A stretch of DNA of 64,000 nucleotides from Azolla caroliniana (GCA_043228905.1 JBHGNT010000009.1:1612001-1676000); one strand, 5' to 3'. Counted from the stretch's first letter, positions 37,843-53,200 are shown. The notes: a model not told the origin generated them from the letters alone. Program-made: numbers and translations.

Positions 37843-40800
37843 ATGGCGTTGTACGTGCGGTCCTTCTTGTTCCTGTTTCTGCTGAGCCACGGCCATGTGA
37901 TGCTGCTGAAGGGGAGGTGTGCTCCCACGCCATCGCGCATCCTCTTGGACACTGACGTTGACTCCGACGACATCTTCGCTCTCTTCTACCTCCTCAAGCA
38001 GCAGCAGCAGCACCGCGTTGCATCCCTCACGGTACCTGCATATTCTTACCTTACCTTAGATCATTTCTCATTGCTTGCTTCGCTTCTCCTTCTCCTTCTC
38101 CTTCCTTGATTTCTTTCCTTTTATACATATCCGCTCTTCATTCCCAATCTTGCATTGCTACTCATCTCAGGAATTTAAGCCACTGTTTTACTCCTAATTC
38201 TTCTTCTTCAATTGACTAATCTGTGTCTACCTGTTTCTGATCTCGGAAATTCTTGTTGGTTTCAACGATTGGGTTCCAAATCTTCATTGCTTTCTAGATC
38301 CGGGCTAATCTTCACTGTTTCCTTGGTTTGGTCTGCAACTGGTTGTTACAATTGAATCATTAACGGTCCCGTCTTAGTCCAAAGCAGACATGAATCGATT
38401 CAATTGATGGCTTCGCATACACATCTAATTTTGATTGCAGGAAATTGCATTAAATGGAAGTGAGATATAAAATATAGCTAACCATGATCAATGAAGTGAA
38501 TTTGTGTACACATATAAATATGTGACTATTGGTTTGGATTAAGATCAGTTCTGTGTGCATTGAACTAATTGTGGTGGTGTTCTAGAACTATATATGGTTA
38601 CATATAAACACAACAAACATTAATCAATTTGTAAATGCACATTGTCATGTCTAGCTTACTTTAGTAACTTTAGTACCGTGTCATTATAATACCAATTTTC
38701 TCTTCATGAAATTCGCGTTCATACCATCTTAGATCATAGCAAGCAAGTTTTCGATCTGTTTGGGGATCAAAACAAACAGGTTTCAAATGCCTAGGTCCCT
38801 TACACCAAAAAATTCTAATCACAAAGGTATGTACTAGAGAGAACCCAATTTTTCTACAGTGCCGGTGAATGTTTCTTCAATGTTTAAATCTTCGCGAGAT
38901 GGACATTTATGAAAGATTTATGTACTTCTTGCAAGATTACAATCATGAGTGATCTCTAAATATTCTAACTAATGGAATCCACATCAATCTTTGGTATAAT
39001 CAAAGGAAGGATATGCAACTTTAACATGTTATTTGATCAAATGAAATTTATTTGTTTGCTAATGAATCAAGTTGTTTCATCTTTAAATAGCTGAAGCTCA
39101 TCTCTCATATGAAATCGTATGCGAATGGTAATTGATCCCTAAAACCCTGACCAAAATGTTTTCTGACCCTCTTTTTGACTCTCCACTTATAAAATTATAG
39201 GTTCATTAATAAGGCAAGATACCCATATTTTGAATAATCAATGACCATCCACCAACATTGGATGGGTTACTTTGTGGGTAAGCACCCCATCAACTTTCAA
39301 ACATATACATAAATCATAAACTTCGTAAGTTGTGTCTATTTGTTCTATATAGTAAATGTTCAAGGATCAAAAAGTTTCCACTTGTCTACAATGTAAACAT
39401 TCCAAATGTGGTAAAAAATATAAATATACTTTAATATTGTGCTTACCCTAAACCCTATATAGTAAACTTTTAAGGATCTTAAGGTTTTTACTTATGTACA
39501 ATATAGACAATCAAAAGTTGGTAAATAAATAAATAAATCTTAAACATTATGGGGAAGATACCATGAAGAATCACGATCAGGAACCTTCAAAATAATATGA
39601 TATAAAGATGCCCTGAAAGTCATGCCAAGCATAAATGGACGTACAAGGGAAAACTTAAATAGCCAAAGTACATCAGAAATTGATTCCTTCGAATTTGGCT
39701 TATTATAAATAGGCCATAGTGTCCATGAAGCTCAAATCCACAAACACCATGTATATGTATGTGTCAATACATACTATACGTTTATAAAATACAAAGAGGC
39801 CAACGTGGATTGTAATCATAAGACGCCAACTAGAGGAAGTATATGTATGGGGAAGCATGATTTTAGCATTATATATTTGTCATTCGTGAACCCATCATCC
39901 AAAATCAATGCACATGGTTTTCCATCGTGCAACTGTTTTTAGAGTGAAGGGTGAAGTTACAATTGGGCAATTCGTGTAGGAGTGCCCAACGTCAAGCTCC
40001 AACTTAAATATAACAATCAACCGTAAACAACCCCTTGCCGTTAGACGAGTGTTCCTCACACTTCATTGGACCTGCAACCAAAAAGATGATAGGATGCTTG
40101 TCTTAAACCGTGTGACCATAGTAAAAATGAAAACAAAAACAAAAACACTAAAAAAAAGATCATGTAACTAATTAGTTTGATCTAGTTAGTGTGCCTAAAT
40201 GATAATAAAGATATTGCTTCCACCCTACTTTTCCACTCCTATAAGCCTAATAAGAGTATTACTTTATCTTTTTTGCAATTTGACTAGGGGTAGTTAATTT
40301 CGGTCTTGTGAATAGCAGAACCAAAAGGGCTATTACCCCATATACGAGAAAAGTATCTTTGCCAATACTGAATATGTGCTAAACTCTTGAGTTCTAAACC
40401 TTTTCAAAGCCTTCACTATAATATATAATTGTATCTAAGATTAAAATATATAACCGTAATCTATTTCTATTTTATTTGTTGTAATATTTGAAATTATAAC
40501 CTCCTGTATATAGATTTGTTGCATCTTGACTCATCTATTTGAGTTTATATGCTACTCGATTTCCAGAATTTGTTCTTCAATTTGAAGCTACTTGATGTTT
40601 TTAAGGCAGTTTCTCTTATGTAGGCCATCACCATAAGTGCAAATGCTTGGTCTAATGCTGGCCATGCTATCAACCTAATCTATGACTTGCTTCATATGAT
40701 GGGACGAGATGATATCCGAGTTGGTGTCGGAGGTGAAGGTGGCATCTCATATGCAGGGAATTTCTCTTCAAATGTTGGGGGTTATTTTCCTCTCATTGAG

Positions 40801-43800
40801 CAAGTAAGCAATAATACCACATGCAAACTCTACATCGAAACTTAAATTCAATACATATATTTTCCACAAGCATTTTCATTTGACTTTCATCTCTAGGGAC
40901 TTTCAACATGGGGAGGATGTCGATATAGGCAAGCAATTCCCCCAGGGTCAGGGGGACTCATAGATATCGACACTATGTACGGCATTCGAAAACAATTCCT
41001 TCCACGGGTAAAAGTTCTTGATGATTTTGTCAATGTTAGAAGCTCCTAAGCCAATTGGTAGAAGCTATAACTCTATTTCCATAGTAACCTTCTTTCAAGT
41101 GACTTGAAAATAAACAGGTCTAATGTTTAGTTGAAAGGGATTCTTCTATAGTTTTGATGCTTTCATCATCACATACATACATTTGTCACATGCGCATACA
41201 TACACAAGCATTTGAGAGAGACTAGAGAACTCTATTATTCATCGGATGCAGGGGAAAAGGCATTATGAACCACTAAAACAGCGAACAACACAAGAGGTTA
41301 TGTTAGAAGTTCTTTCAGAAGGACCCACTAATGTAATTCTCATCGGATCTCATACAAACTTTGCTACACTAATCATGACACATCCAGAAGTAAAACAAAA
41401 TGTTGAGAGACTGTATGTCATGGGTGGGGGGGTCAAATCATCTAATCCCACTGGTTGTTGCCCACAAGGATCTCCTTCTTCTTGTGTCATTAATCAATGT
41501 GGTGATCGTGGAAATATCTTTGATGCGACTAACACTAATCCATGGGCAGAATTCAACATATTTTCTGATCCTTTTGCCGCATATCAAGTTTTCCATTCAG
41601 GAATTCCAATAACTCTTGTCCCACTTGATGCCACAAATACAATCCCTATATCAAGTCAGTTTTTTTCTGCTTTAGAGATAAACCAACGCACTTATGAAGC
41701 TCAATGGGTGTACAAAGTGTTGAAGATCACTAAAGACACTTGGTTTAACAACAACTTTAACAAGGCAAGTTTTACAAAATTCATTTTCCATCAGTGGGTG
41801 ATTTTTAGCAAGAAAGTGTTCTGTCATTGACTCACTAAATCTTGACAACTCCTATTCTGACAGGAATATTTTCTTTGGGATTCGTTTGCCTCTGGTGTGG
41901 CAATTTCAGGAATTCTTACCAACAATAGTATTAGTAATAATGAGTATTGTGTGTTGAAGAAGAGGAATGTAACCGTTATTACTTCCAATAAACCATACGG
42001 AGCAAATGATGGTAGTAACCCATTCTTCAACAATCGAACTTCACCAAAGTTCAATTTGCTGAAAAACGGTGTGCATAGCGGACATGTCCAAACAGGTCTA
42101 ATTGATCCATTCTGTTTGGTAAAAGGACAAAAGGGTAAATGTAAGGTATATGACGGTTACTTTGTCTCTTTTATGCAATCAACTCACTGTTTCTATCTTC
42201 TTCTGGGTAAAGGCATCCTTCTTTGTATTTTGAGAGATGTTTTTTTGGTGTAGTTGTGGAATAGTTGACAGATGAGTCAGTTTCAATGACTTTTTTTAAG
42301 AAGTTAAATAATGTTTACCAGTAAAAACAGGATGGATATACAATGGAGAGCTCGCCTGAAGGTGCTGAGATGCAAGTTGGGGCTAGTGCAAAGCCAAATT
42401 CAGATACTCAAAATCAGCTTGAATTCGCATTCCAAACAAGTTTTATTGAAGTGAGTGAATTCATCTTACATTATACTTAAAAAATGCACCGAGCTAGTAT
42501 GTTCATGGATATTTAGAAATCTTTCTTATATTGTCTTTGCAGAGATTGAATGATCCAACAAATACAGCTCAGTATACTTTTGAAACACAGTTTCCATGTT
42601 ATAAAGAAGTTTTTTATAAAACTGAAATGATCAATAAGAGTATGGGTCAATCAGTTATATTTGACATGGATATGAGCCCAGGAGATATAATCACTCTTTT
42701 CTACCTACTCAAGATCCCAAGGACAATCATTGACTTGAAGGTCAGATTGCCTTTCTAAATAGAGAACTTTAAATTTAAATCGTGATGGTGTTTTTTGTGT
42801 TAATTTCTAAATCCAGTGACAGCATGTTTATAATGTCAGCATCTGATCTGATAGCAGTTGCATTACCTATGGGATAATACATAAACATACACACCCATAT
42901 ATATCTGTTAACATTTCGCCAAGATTTAATTCAGCATATGTAGAACATATTTATCTTCATCCATTCTACATACTTATTGGCCTTTGTGATAATATTTATC
43001 TGGTTGCACAATATAGTGGCTATCAAGACCTTGTATTTGATCAAAGTTTCAGCCCAAAAAAGACATATTTTGCTTCATGTATTCCACATAATTTATGTGA
43101 TATTTACTGGGCTGCACGATATCTTAGCCATAACTGCATGGGACACACAATTTGTCTTCTCCACGTGTGCAATATTTTGTGCTTTTGAGCTGACATTCCC
43201 TCCTAAAATTTTCCAAAGGCTATAACAGTGTCCGCAACTGGATGGTCAAATGCTGCTACGATAGACATCATCTACGATGTACTTCATATGATGGGGCGTG
43301 ATGATATACCTGTCGGGTTAGGGGAGTATTTTGCAGTAGGTCAAGCTTATCTACCTTTCAATAGTACTGGAGATTGTAAATATAGGCAAGGGATTCCAAA
43401 TGGCGCAGGTGGATTCCTCGACTCAGATACATTGTTTGGCTTGGCAAGAGATTTACCACAAAGTCCAAGAAGGTTCGGTCTCCTTAAAAACATATTATCT
43501 ATTTGATTATTTATTCATGATAGAGAACATTGCATTCTACTGAACAACATTTCGTTTTCAGATGGTAATCATAAAGCATGTTCCATTCTATTGAAAATTT
43601 ATTGTTTTCAGATGTTGATGGAAGTTCATGCATTCTATTGAGCAATTCTTGATTTCAGATGGTTTATGAAAGAGCATATGGCGTTCTATTGAATAGTTCT
43701 TGTTTCCAGATGTTCATGAATGAGCATGATTCTATTAACATTTGTGTTTTCAGCTATTTTCATGGCAAAGCCTGCGTTCTGTTAAATAAATCTTATTTTC

Positions 43801-46013
43801 TGATGTCCATAGTATATCCTGCATTCTAATAAGCAGTTGTTGATTTCAAAATTTCAGGATAGATCATAAATCCTATCGAACGATTCTTGTTTCTAGATTT
43901 TCATGACAGGACATGCATTGTATTGAGCAATACTTGTCTGAATCAGGTATACAGCTGAAAATTCAGTCAAATATGGTGCATTGAGAAATACAGAGCATCC
44001 AGAATTAAGACAACCAACAGCTCAAGAAGTCATCGAGAATATATTATATCAGGCTGATGTTAAAGAAGGCATTATTTTTGTTACTGGAGGACCACTTTCA
44101 AATATTGCAAAATTTGTCAGTTCCAATTCAAGTCTTAGAGCTCTCGTTAAGGTAATCATTACCACTGGTTGTACGTGCATCACTAACAAATATTACATCT
44201 CTCTTCCAATTCAAATATCTAGGTTAGGCATGCACTGCACTGCCCATGGCAAAAGTGCATGTCAGTGATGCATTTTGCAACATTTCTCGGTTTCCCATTC
44301 AATCCTTAAATCTCTTACTAAGGTAAACATTACACGTGTACTCAATGACACATAAGTAAATGCTCAGTCTTCCAATATTGCAACAATTTGAACTTTCCCA
44401 ACCAAAACTTAAAAATTTCTAGTTATAATGGTAAACATTACCAATACACAGCAAATATATCAATGATAAAGCAATATTTTCTCACTTTCTGTGGTCCAAA
44501 TTTGAATTCTTAAATTTCTGATTAAGGTAAACTTTATTTAGACAAATTTTAATCTCCAGTGATGGCAAATATTGTTATCAATAATATTAATATTATTCCA
44601 AATTTCGCCCTATTTCTTAGTTCCCCAAAATTCAAGTTTTAAAATACTCTGGTTAAGCTAACGTTACTACAATTTGCATGCATCAATGATGAACCACTAA
44701 ATTCATGCAGGAGATATATATTGCTGGTGGAGCTATTGGTTCCTCACGCAAATCCAAGCAAAATGGCAATGTGTATACCATACCTGGAAACACAGAGTCC
44801 GAGTTCAATTTTTTCTTGGATCCAGAAGCAGCAAAAATAACTCTTGAATCAGATGGTTTCGACATCTTCCTTGCCCCTCTTGATGCCCTCCATGGAAGAA
44901 AAAGCCTTGTTTCACACAGCTTGAAGCTCCTAGAAGCAAAAAGAGAGACACCAGAAGCAAAATTTGTTCACAAACTGCTATACACAGTCCAGCAACTCAA
45001 GCATCGAAGCAGTGCTTACACTCATACAGTAAGTGACATATTTCGTCGAAGTTCAATATCTGCTTTTATATCATATGCACGAGTCTTAAGCATCAAGATG
45101 TATTTTCCTTGTATTAATGTATACAAGTCATATTCGATTAGTTAATTCATCAATATGAATGCCTGTATTGCATATATTCATACCATAAGGGTACTGATCA
45201 GAGTCATTGATATTTTTTCTGCTACTGCAAATGCTCATCAAAGATAATAAATTGCACTATTATATATCATAAGATTAAACAATCCACCAAAGCTAAGAAA
45301 TTGCACTATGTACGCAAATATGTACTCAAAGATAATAAATTGCACTATTATATATCATAAGATTAAACAATCCACCAAAGCTAATTAATTGTACACTCCT
45401 CCATAAAGAGTCATTATTAACCCATCAGAGATAATGTATGTTACATTACACACTCACATAGCTAAAGATTTAGTAATCCTTCGTATATATCATTGGCATG
45501 ATTCGTGATTGCATCAAGGATCTTTTATATTACATAATATAGTCACACGCCATTAGATTCATGATTCCATCACCGGATAAGTTTTATTGCATTATATACT
45601 GACGTACCTAAAGATTCATTGATACATAAAAGATAATTTGTTACTTGAAATTTGTGAATAATAACACGCCAAAAACGCTAGTTCATAAATATTTTCTTTG
45701 ACAGGAAAAACTATTAGAAGAGGTTCTTGCATCAGTAATATTAGCAGAAAAACCAAAATTCAGAAGAAAATTCAGAGAAGAACATATTACTGTAATTTCA
45801 AAGGGAGATATTGAAATGGATGGCTGTACAAGGATCGAACACAATGATCGTGATAGCCAAATTAGCAAAAGAAAAAAGATTCGATATTTGGGCAGAACAG
45901 ATCCATACGCCATAGCCAGCAGCATCACAAAGGCTTTAAACAGAAATTCTTCTCAATCTGCCATCATCGGAAGCTTTGAGGATCAAATAAGATCTTGGAG
46001 TTCATGTCGGTAG
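37843..46013 (+). CDS. NSH3: Two-domain secreted nucleoside hydrolase (NSH3-type), about 11 exons (first 37843-38031, last ends 46013)
   Basis: Signal-peptide-like N-terminus. Domain 1 has [33 protein letters not shown] and WDSF. Domain 2 has [27 protein letters not shown] and [10 protein letters not shown]. Confidence 0.92.
43520..43946 (+). repeat. About nine degenerate 45-50 nt tandem units filling an NSH intron
   Basis: Recurrent gcattctattga....tt.tt(t)cag.tg unit. Confidence 0.75.
45239..45385. repeat. Intronic direct repeat with about 89-bp period
   Basis: caaagataataaattgcactattatatatcataagattaaacaatccaccaaagctaa occurs twice. Confidence 0.85.
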
Positions 46014-46191
46014 TAATCATGAGAACGAAAAGGCCATGCTGGCCATCGTTCAAATGAGAGGGAGATGTATTGATCGTCAGAAACCTAAAACAATAATAGT
46101 AATTGTGTAAGGAAATCCATAGCTAGCGACGTCCGTTGTGATGAGGACGATTATTCTTGACTCTGATTAATCAAGAAAGCTGGCTCTACGT

Positions 46192-46255
<64 letters not shown>

Positions 46256-47848
46256 TCTCTGTCTCCATCTCCATCTCCATCTGTGTGTGTCTGTTGTGTG
46301 TACACATGTATATATAATATACTAAGTGTAGAGGATAATGGCCTCTATCTTCTCCTTCTTCTTATTTTAGTCATGGCTAAAATTCTATTCATATTTACTC
46401 TTGGTGTGCAAAAAGGCACAAAACAATTATGTACACACCTTACAAAGTAATTATGAACACACGTTACAAAGTAATTATGTACACACCTTACATTTCCTCA
46501 GGTAGTAATGAGCTTGATCAACATTATCATGGATCTCCTTCGAAGGAGAGGAAGATAAGGGTGTGTGTGAGTTAGTAATAGCATATATGAGGAGAAACAA
46601 CGAAAGCGGATTGAGTACTAACCTCTCTTTATTTATTACATTGAAGCATGCAAACTATCCTCTCTTTCCATCGTTGCTTGAGTGAAGAGTATGCATTGAC
46701 GTGAGAATATTTTATTATGATGACATTTTAAACATCAACAGGAATCATGAATTGTGGGACACAACACATGTAAAAACATATATTCCCGTATTCCCTCCAT
46801 CGAGGACAATGCTTCTACTCTACATTGTTGGTGCAAAGCACAAACAGTTCATGTATTTTCCTAAAAAAGATTCATCTCTACTGGTGCAATGGTCTCAACT
46901 CTTACATATAAGGTCAATCAAATGTATTTTCTAAGGTCAATCTTACACTCATGTTAGAATGCAAATATGTGCCCATGAAAGAGATAAGATGCACAAGATT
47001 GTACATTAGTTTTCCAATCCTAGAAAAGCAAGTTTTAGGATTTCAGGGTTTCAATCCTCTTAACCCCTTCAAACAATTCATAAAGAACATATCAATGTCT
47101 TTAAATTCAACATCAGCAACAGATTTTAACTGCACATGAGTGACGCAAATACTTATCATTAATGATTGTGTAGCTTAATTACATGTAAGTTATGACAACA
47201 ACTCACAGCACCAATCAAATTCAATGTTACATATATTTACAAAACAGCATTAAGTCGTCATATAAACAAGATATCAATGATCAATCTTGCAAAAGCTTTA
47301 CATAATACATAATAGATGAAATGCTGAAGGTGTTCAGATACATAGCACATAAAATACCGAGATATCATTCAAATTCGTATTGCATAGTATGCTAAATATC
47401 GTTCACATATACGCGCGCTTATGACATGAATCCTATTGTCATTTTAATACATTCTGATCTTGTATTAGACAGGGCAAACACTTTCAATATGGATTTTACA
47501 TGCTTAGGATATTCTCATGTACAAATATCCAAGGACCAAAATTTTCTTTATAATATCCCTCATTCCATTTACAAGTGGCTGGGTTATACATTTGAAGTTC
47601 TACCACATGTAGAAATAAATCTAGGCATGTTTGCCATTACATTTTCTTCTATATAGACAGACAATTCTGTTTCCTGTCTACATAGTTAGAACTTAGGATA
47701 CCACCATTTTCTTGCTTTAACAACATGGTTATATATAATGCTGATGAAATTTTGAACCTAAAAACATCTGATCTCTCTCTCTCTCTCTGATCTTTCATTA
47801 CTCTGATCACATAATCAGTTCAAATTATCGATGCCTTTCTCCTTTCTT

Positions 47849-50800
47849 TCATTTCTCCGATAACAGAGCAGTTTCAATCTCCTCCAAGGACTTCCCTTTC
47901 GTCTCTGTTACATTACTCCTGACGAACAATACAGCTAGAAAACATATGATCGAAAAGAGTGCATACAATGCGGTTGCTCCTATTTTCTCTAAGAGTTGAA
48001 GAAATGTCAACCCAACTAAACAGTTCGCAATCTGTTAACAAAGCAAAACAGCAAAGGGCTTAGTAGAACTTTATAAATAAAATGAAGACTCAGAAAGGAG
48101 AACTTTTTAAATAGTTCATATAATAAGAACAACAATAAAGAGCTTGCATCAAAAGGCACAGAAACTCCAAAGCCTCTTATAAAGTCCACAACAGGCTTAT
48201 TAGATACAGATGGATCTTCAGAAAAAAAGACTTTTGTGAAAAAATAAAGAGCTTACTATTAGAAAATAATGCTTCAGACAAATCAGTCTTTTATGACACT
48301 CACACAAACGAACAATAAAAACCTTGGAAAAAAATTGAAACATCGGAAAAGAAGCCATTAATGTTTAGTCCATAAAAAGCAACAAATAAAAAACTTGGTA
48401 ATAATTGTAACCTCGTAAACATCAACCTTTTATTGAGTCTATATTGAGGATAACTCACCCAATGCACACACATGGCAACAGCCATTGCTTTTGCTCGAAT
48501 ACGATTTGGAAAAATCTCTGGCAGAAGTAAGCTTGGAACAGGTCCAACACCCAAAGCAAATGAGAAGACATACCTGTATTTCATTTGGATTTATTAAATC
48601 ATCTGAACCAAGTAGATCAATAGTAAAATTAATTTTTGACAATTTCAAGTTAACTTCTTACATAAGAGTCCCTAAAACTGCGACACTTCCTTGCATGGCA
48701 GAGAAGGCAATAATGCGACCTCCCAATGACTGCAATCCCATAGCCAAACTCTGCATCCACACAAGTCCAAATGTCAATGCTTAGCCATACGAGAGCCAAA
48801 GAAACCCAACATATGCTCTTGAAGAATGGAAAACATCGAGATCTACACCAGACAACGATTGAATATAAAATCCAAAGCAACTCCACATACTCTTGAAGTA
48901 TAAAAATTTATATAAAACTCTATAAGCCACACAAGAATTGAGTATATGATCCAAAGCATCCCAGCCTATGCTTGAGTGGAAAGTTAATCTACCATACAAG
49001 TATTGAATGTATAATCCAAAGCGACCTAATTGATGCTTGAAATGGACACATAATTTTAGTTTTCCACTGTAAGGATTGAACAAATGAAAGTTTAGTTGTC
49101 CACAGTAGTAAAGCCTAGTAATCCTTATCCATGAAAGGCATATATTAACCCATCCAATAATTATTCCATATATAATAAAACCATTAGCACAACAAGCAAT
49201 AGAATCAGTTTTACCTACCATGCCCATAAAACTCCAAATTAGAAGAGTTCGTCTACCCTGGATATCCATAAGGCATGCAGCAATGCAGGAAGCTGCATAA
49301 AGAATAAGATTAAATTAAATGATGATCAGAAAAATCGTACCACAATTTGAATATCTATCAAACTAATAGTAGAAGAAAATGAGATTAAGAAAGTCTACAA
49401 CTTCGAGGTCATACCAAGAAGATTCACAATCCCAACAGAAACACTTGCAAACAGATCTGAACTGATCCCAGCATTTCTAAATACTGTTGAGGAGAAATAA
49501 AACACAGCATTGATTCCAGAGAGCTGTTGCAAAGCAAACATGGCCGCTCCAATTGTCACCACTGCATCAAGTGAAATCAGCATTACTTTTTAAGGGAAAC
49601 TTGGGACCCTCTCATTGTTATTGGAAGAGAAAGGGCAAAACACAAACTACCCGAGTTTTCCTTTATCCCCCAAATGTCCCTAAGTTCTCATTATTTCCAT
49701 ACATAGTTTTAGCTAACCTTGGCTCAAGAAATTATATGGTCAAAAGGGCTGACAAGGGGAATTTGGGGAAATAAAGAATAAGTTGGGGGTATTTTGGCAT
49801 TTTATCTTCGATAATGAAAAAAGGGGCATCATCCTACCTTTCCTATAACGGTATGTAAATAGCTCCTTGAACGTGACTTGCTCAGCCTCTTCATGCCTTT
49901 CCCCACGAGCGAGCTCTGCTAATGCCGATTTAACATATGATGCTCCCCATAGTCTTTCAATTTCATTTGCTGCTTCTCCTAATCTTGATTTCTGAATGAT
50001 TTTGGTCAACCAATAATTAGAACAGTCTTATAATCTTTTAGTAGATTGTGAGCAAAATAGGACAAAAAGATGACACCTTAAAAAGCCATCTCGGGCTCTC
50101 AGAACAGAACTCCATCCCAAATAAAAGCACTACAGCAGGCAAGATGGATATCCAAAAGCAATTCCTCCACCTGACAGTAATTCAAGAACAGATTCAGGTC
50201 CTCTATACGAATACAAGTTTCCAGCGAAACTTTTTGAATATTTTAGAGATTTAATTTCATTAACTTACCAGCCAGGAACAGTTTCTACTGGAAGCCCAAT
50301 TACCAGGGCACAAAGTATTCCAATGCATGTAGCAATCTGGCAGAGACTACCATACGTTCCTCTAACAGCTGCAGGGGAAATCTATATAATCCAAATCGAT
50401 GGGATTGAGATATGCAGTGCACAAGGTTCCATGACAGTTACTTGATTTCGAAAATTTAACTAAATTAATGATGTACCTCAGTAACATATAGTGCAGTAAC
50501 AGGTCCTCCAATACCAAGGCCTAATCCAACCAATAATCTTCCAGTGATCATTAGTTCTAAATTCCACGCCATCGCACTACATCACCAGAGGTATATAACA
50601 ATTACATTGAATTGAGTGCAATTTGATCCACAGGTTTGATCTATCATTTTAAAAATCATTTGAATGCTGAATACAATGCAATGAATTCATTTATGCACAT
50701 AATATTACCTCTACTAAAAAGGGAGCCACTCTACAAGTTGTTGAAAGCCGTGTTAACATGCATGCTTCAACAACTCAAAGAATTGGCCCATAAATGGCTG

Positions 50801-52893
50801 CAAATTGAAGGGCCCACAGATATGCTTTGTCATTGTGATTGGTTTGATGACAATTTTCTAAGCATTTCATTATATCTCATTACAATGAAAGGATCGATAA
50901 TATTACAAGTCTATAATTAAGCATCCAATTATAAGTTAAAATACACAGTGAAACTACAATATGAGACAATTTAATGTGCAAAAATATGGGGAATGGCTGT
51001 GTCTGTTCTTCACAAAGACCTACCTGGTACATGCTCCAAGTATCATTGGAACCGTGCTCAGTTGAAACGAGCGACGCCGTCCAATAGCATCTGCAACGGT
51101 TCCTGTGAGTGCACAGCCAAAGAAAGCTCCAAACAAACATATGCTTACAACCCATCCTGGAGGTAAGAGAAGTAATCAAGTTAGATAACAATGAAATAAA
51201 TAAATAAAGTTTACTTCCCCAGTTATTCTCCACATGAAGAAACACTGGAAACATCCTCATGGAGTATCCTCACCTTGAGCAAAAGAATTCCCAGAAAAAC
51301 CTAGATCTTCAGCTATGTTGTGCAACGGAGCGTTTACAACTCTTCACATCAGCAGCAGCAGCAGCAATTTCATCATTAATACAAATAACATGTAACTTTC
51401 AAATTGGAATGCTGGTAAGATTAAATAAGCAAATAGTTGTTCTTTATTCCTTTCCGTGCATTTTAATGGAAAGCAGGTAATTTGTAGTTTACTCAGTTCA
51501 ATTGGAATGCTTGTAGTTTAAAACAAGCAAGCAGGTGTTCTTTACTTCCTAGACATTTTAATGAAAAGCTGTGTCACAAAGAGTTAGCCATTATCAACAG
51601 AAATCAGTTTAGGCACTTATATTAGAAGGCTCGTAAGCAATAACACCACTCATATAAATCGAGTTGATCCACACAAAAAGAGAATTTTTACCCTATATGG
51701 TACCCAAACAGAACTGCAGAGAGAAGAGCAACGCAAACGTGAGGCAGAGACCGATTCCAAGGGGGAGATAGTGGAGACTCAATTATCAATGGTTCGAAAA
51801 CCGGACCTGTCAAAATAGCTGTGCAAAAACAATATTTAGCAAGAAACATAAACAAGAAAGAACTAAGTTCCAAGAAACTGGTTTAAGTTCCAAAAACGTT
51901 TGAATAGTCTAAAGAAGCAAACAAAATTTCACAAAAGATTTCAGTCAACACAGAAGAAATTCAGGCTTATTGCTGTGGTCTACTTAGTTCTGAAGGATTG
52001 ATATTGAATACTAGAAATAGATTTATTTAGAGATGTAACAGTTTCAAGAGACTCTTTTCGTATAAGTGAACCCTAAAATAGATGGAGCTCTACAAGAAAA
52101 TAGAATAACACACACATCAGAACACAGAAAACACAGGAAAGAATTGGCTGTAAGTAAACTAGGTTCTACGTGAGAAAGGAGTGTGAAGGAACAGGTGGAA
52201 AAGCAACGTATTAATAAGAATTGGAAGTAATTGCAGAAGGAGTAACAAGAATGAAGCAGTAGAAACGGAAATTATTCGGATTTGGAAATGCAGAAGCAGT
52301 GATAAAAAAACAAGGATACACACATCAGAACTCAGAAAACACAGGAAAGAATTGACTGTAAATAAACTAGGTTCTACATGAGAAAGTAGTGAGAAGGAAC
52401 AGGTGGAAAAGCAATGTATTAATAGGAATTGGAAGTAAATGCAGAAGGAGTAACAAGAATGAAGCAGTAGAAACGGAAACTATTCGGATTTGGAAATGCA
52501 GAAGCAGTGAGAAAAAGAAGCAAAAATATAATGGTGCGCACACAGGAGAATGCATGGGTAGACACGGAGAGAAGGATTAAATTTCGCGAGATCTAAGTGT
52601 AAAAGAGGAGTGAGAAACAGAGAACAGGAAATGGTGGTTTACGTAGAGATGAGAATGCAATGAACGCAGAAAAGAATGGGATTTTAGTTGGAACAAATCC
52701 GTGCAAAAGAAATGGGAAGGATGGGAGGCAATGGAGGTATCAAAACTCATCAAAGAACTAATTAGGTGTTAAATATAAAGCTCAGGCATAGATAAAGAAG
52801 TAATTAGGTGCATATATTACCTGAGAGAGGAAGGCGATCTGCATCTGGAGGGGTATGCTGGTCACGGGAGGAAGGCAGACGTTTGTAAGTCAT
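47849..52893 (-). CDS. MFS sugar porter of the pGlcT/SGB1 (plastidic glucose transporter-like) subfamily, multi-exon
   Basis: SLPHVCVALLSAVLFGYHIG, VVNAPL..IAEDLGF, DAIGRRR, ESPRWL, FALQQLSGINAVFYFSS, GVGPVPSLLLPEIFPNRIRAKAM and VTETKGKSLEEIE. Start MTYKR at 52893. Confidence 0.92.
52110..52510. repeat. About 200-bp tandem duplication in transporter intron 1
   Basis: cacacatcagaac.cagaaaacacaggaaagaattg...ggatttggaaatgcagaagcagtga occurs twice. Confidence 0.9.
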
Positions 52894-53125
52894 GGCAGAT
52901 TCAAGAACCATGAATGAAGAAGGCTCCTCTCCACAGTGGCTGCCTTCCAAGGCCAGGGAGATTGGATAGATTGGCGATGGCAGGAAAAGAAGAGGAGCAA
53001 GAAGAAGAAGAAGAAGAAGATTGAAGATGAAAGAAAGAGCGGAAAGAGAAGGTTTTCTGCAGAGAACCAGAGAGAAAACCAGAGAGAGAGAGAGAGAAGG
53101 TTTTCTGCATAGAACCAGAGAGAAA

Positions 53126-53167
<42 letters not shown>

Positions 53168-53200
53168 ACCGCCTTCTCACAGTCATTCATTCATTCCTGT

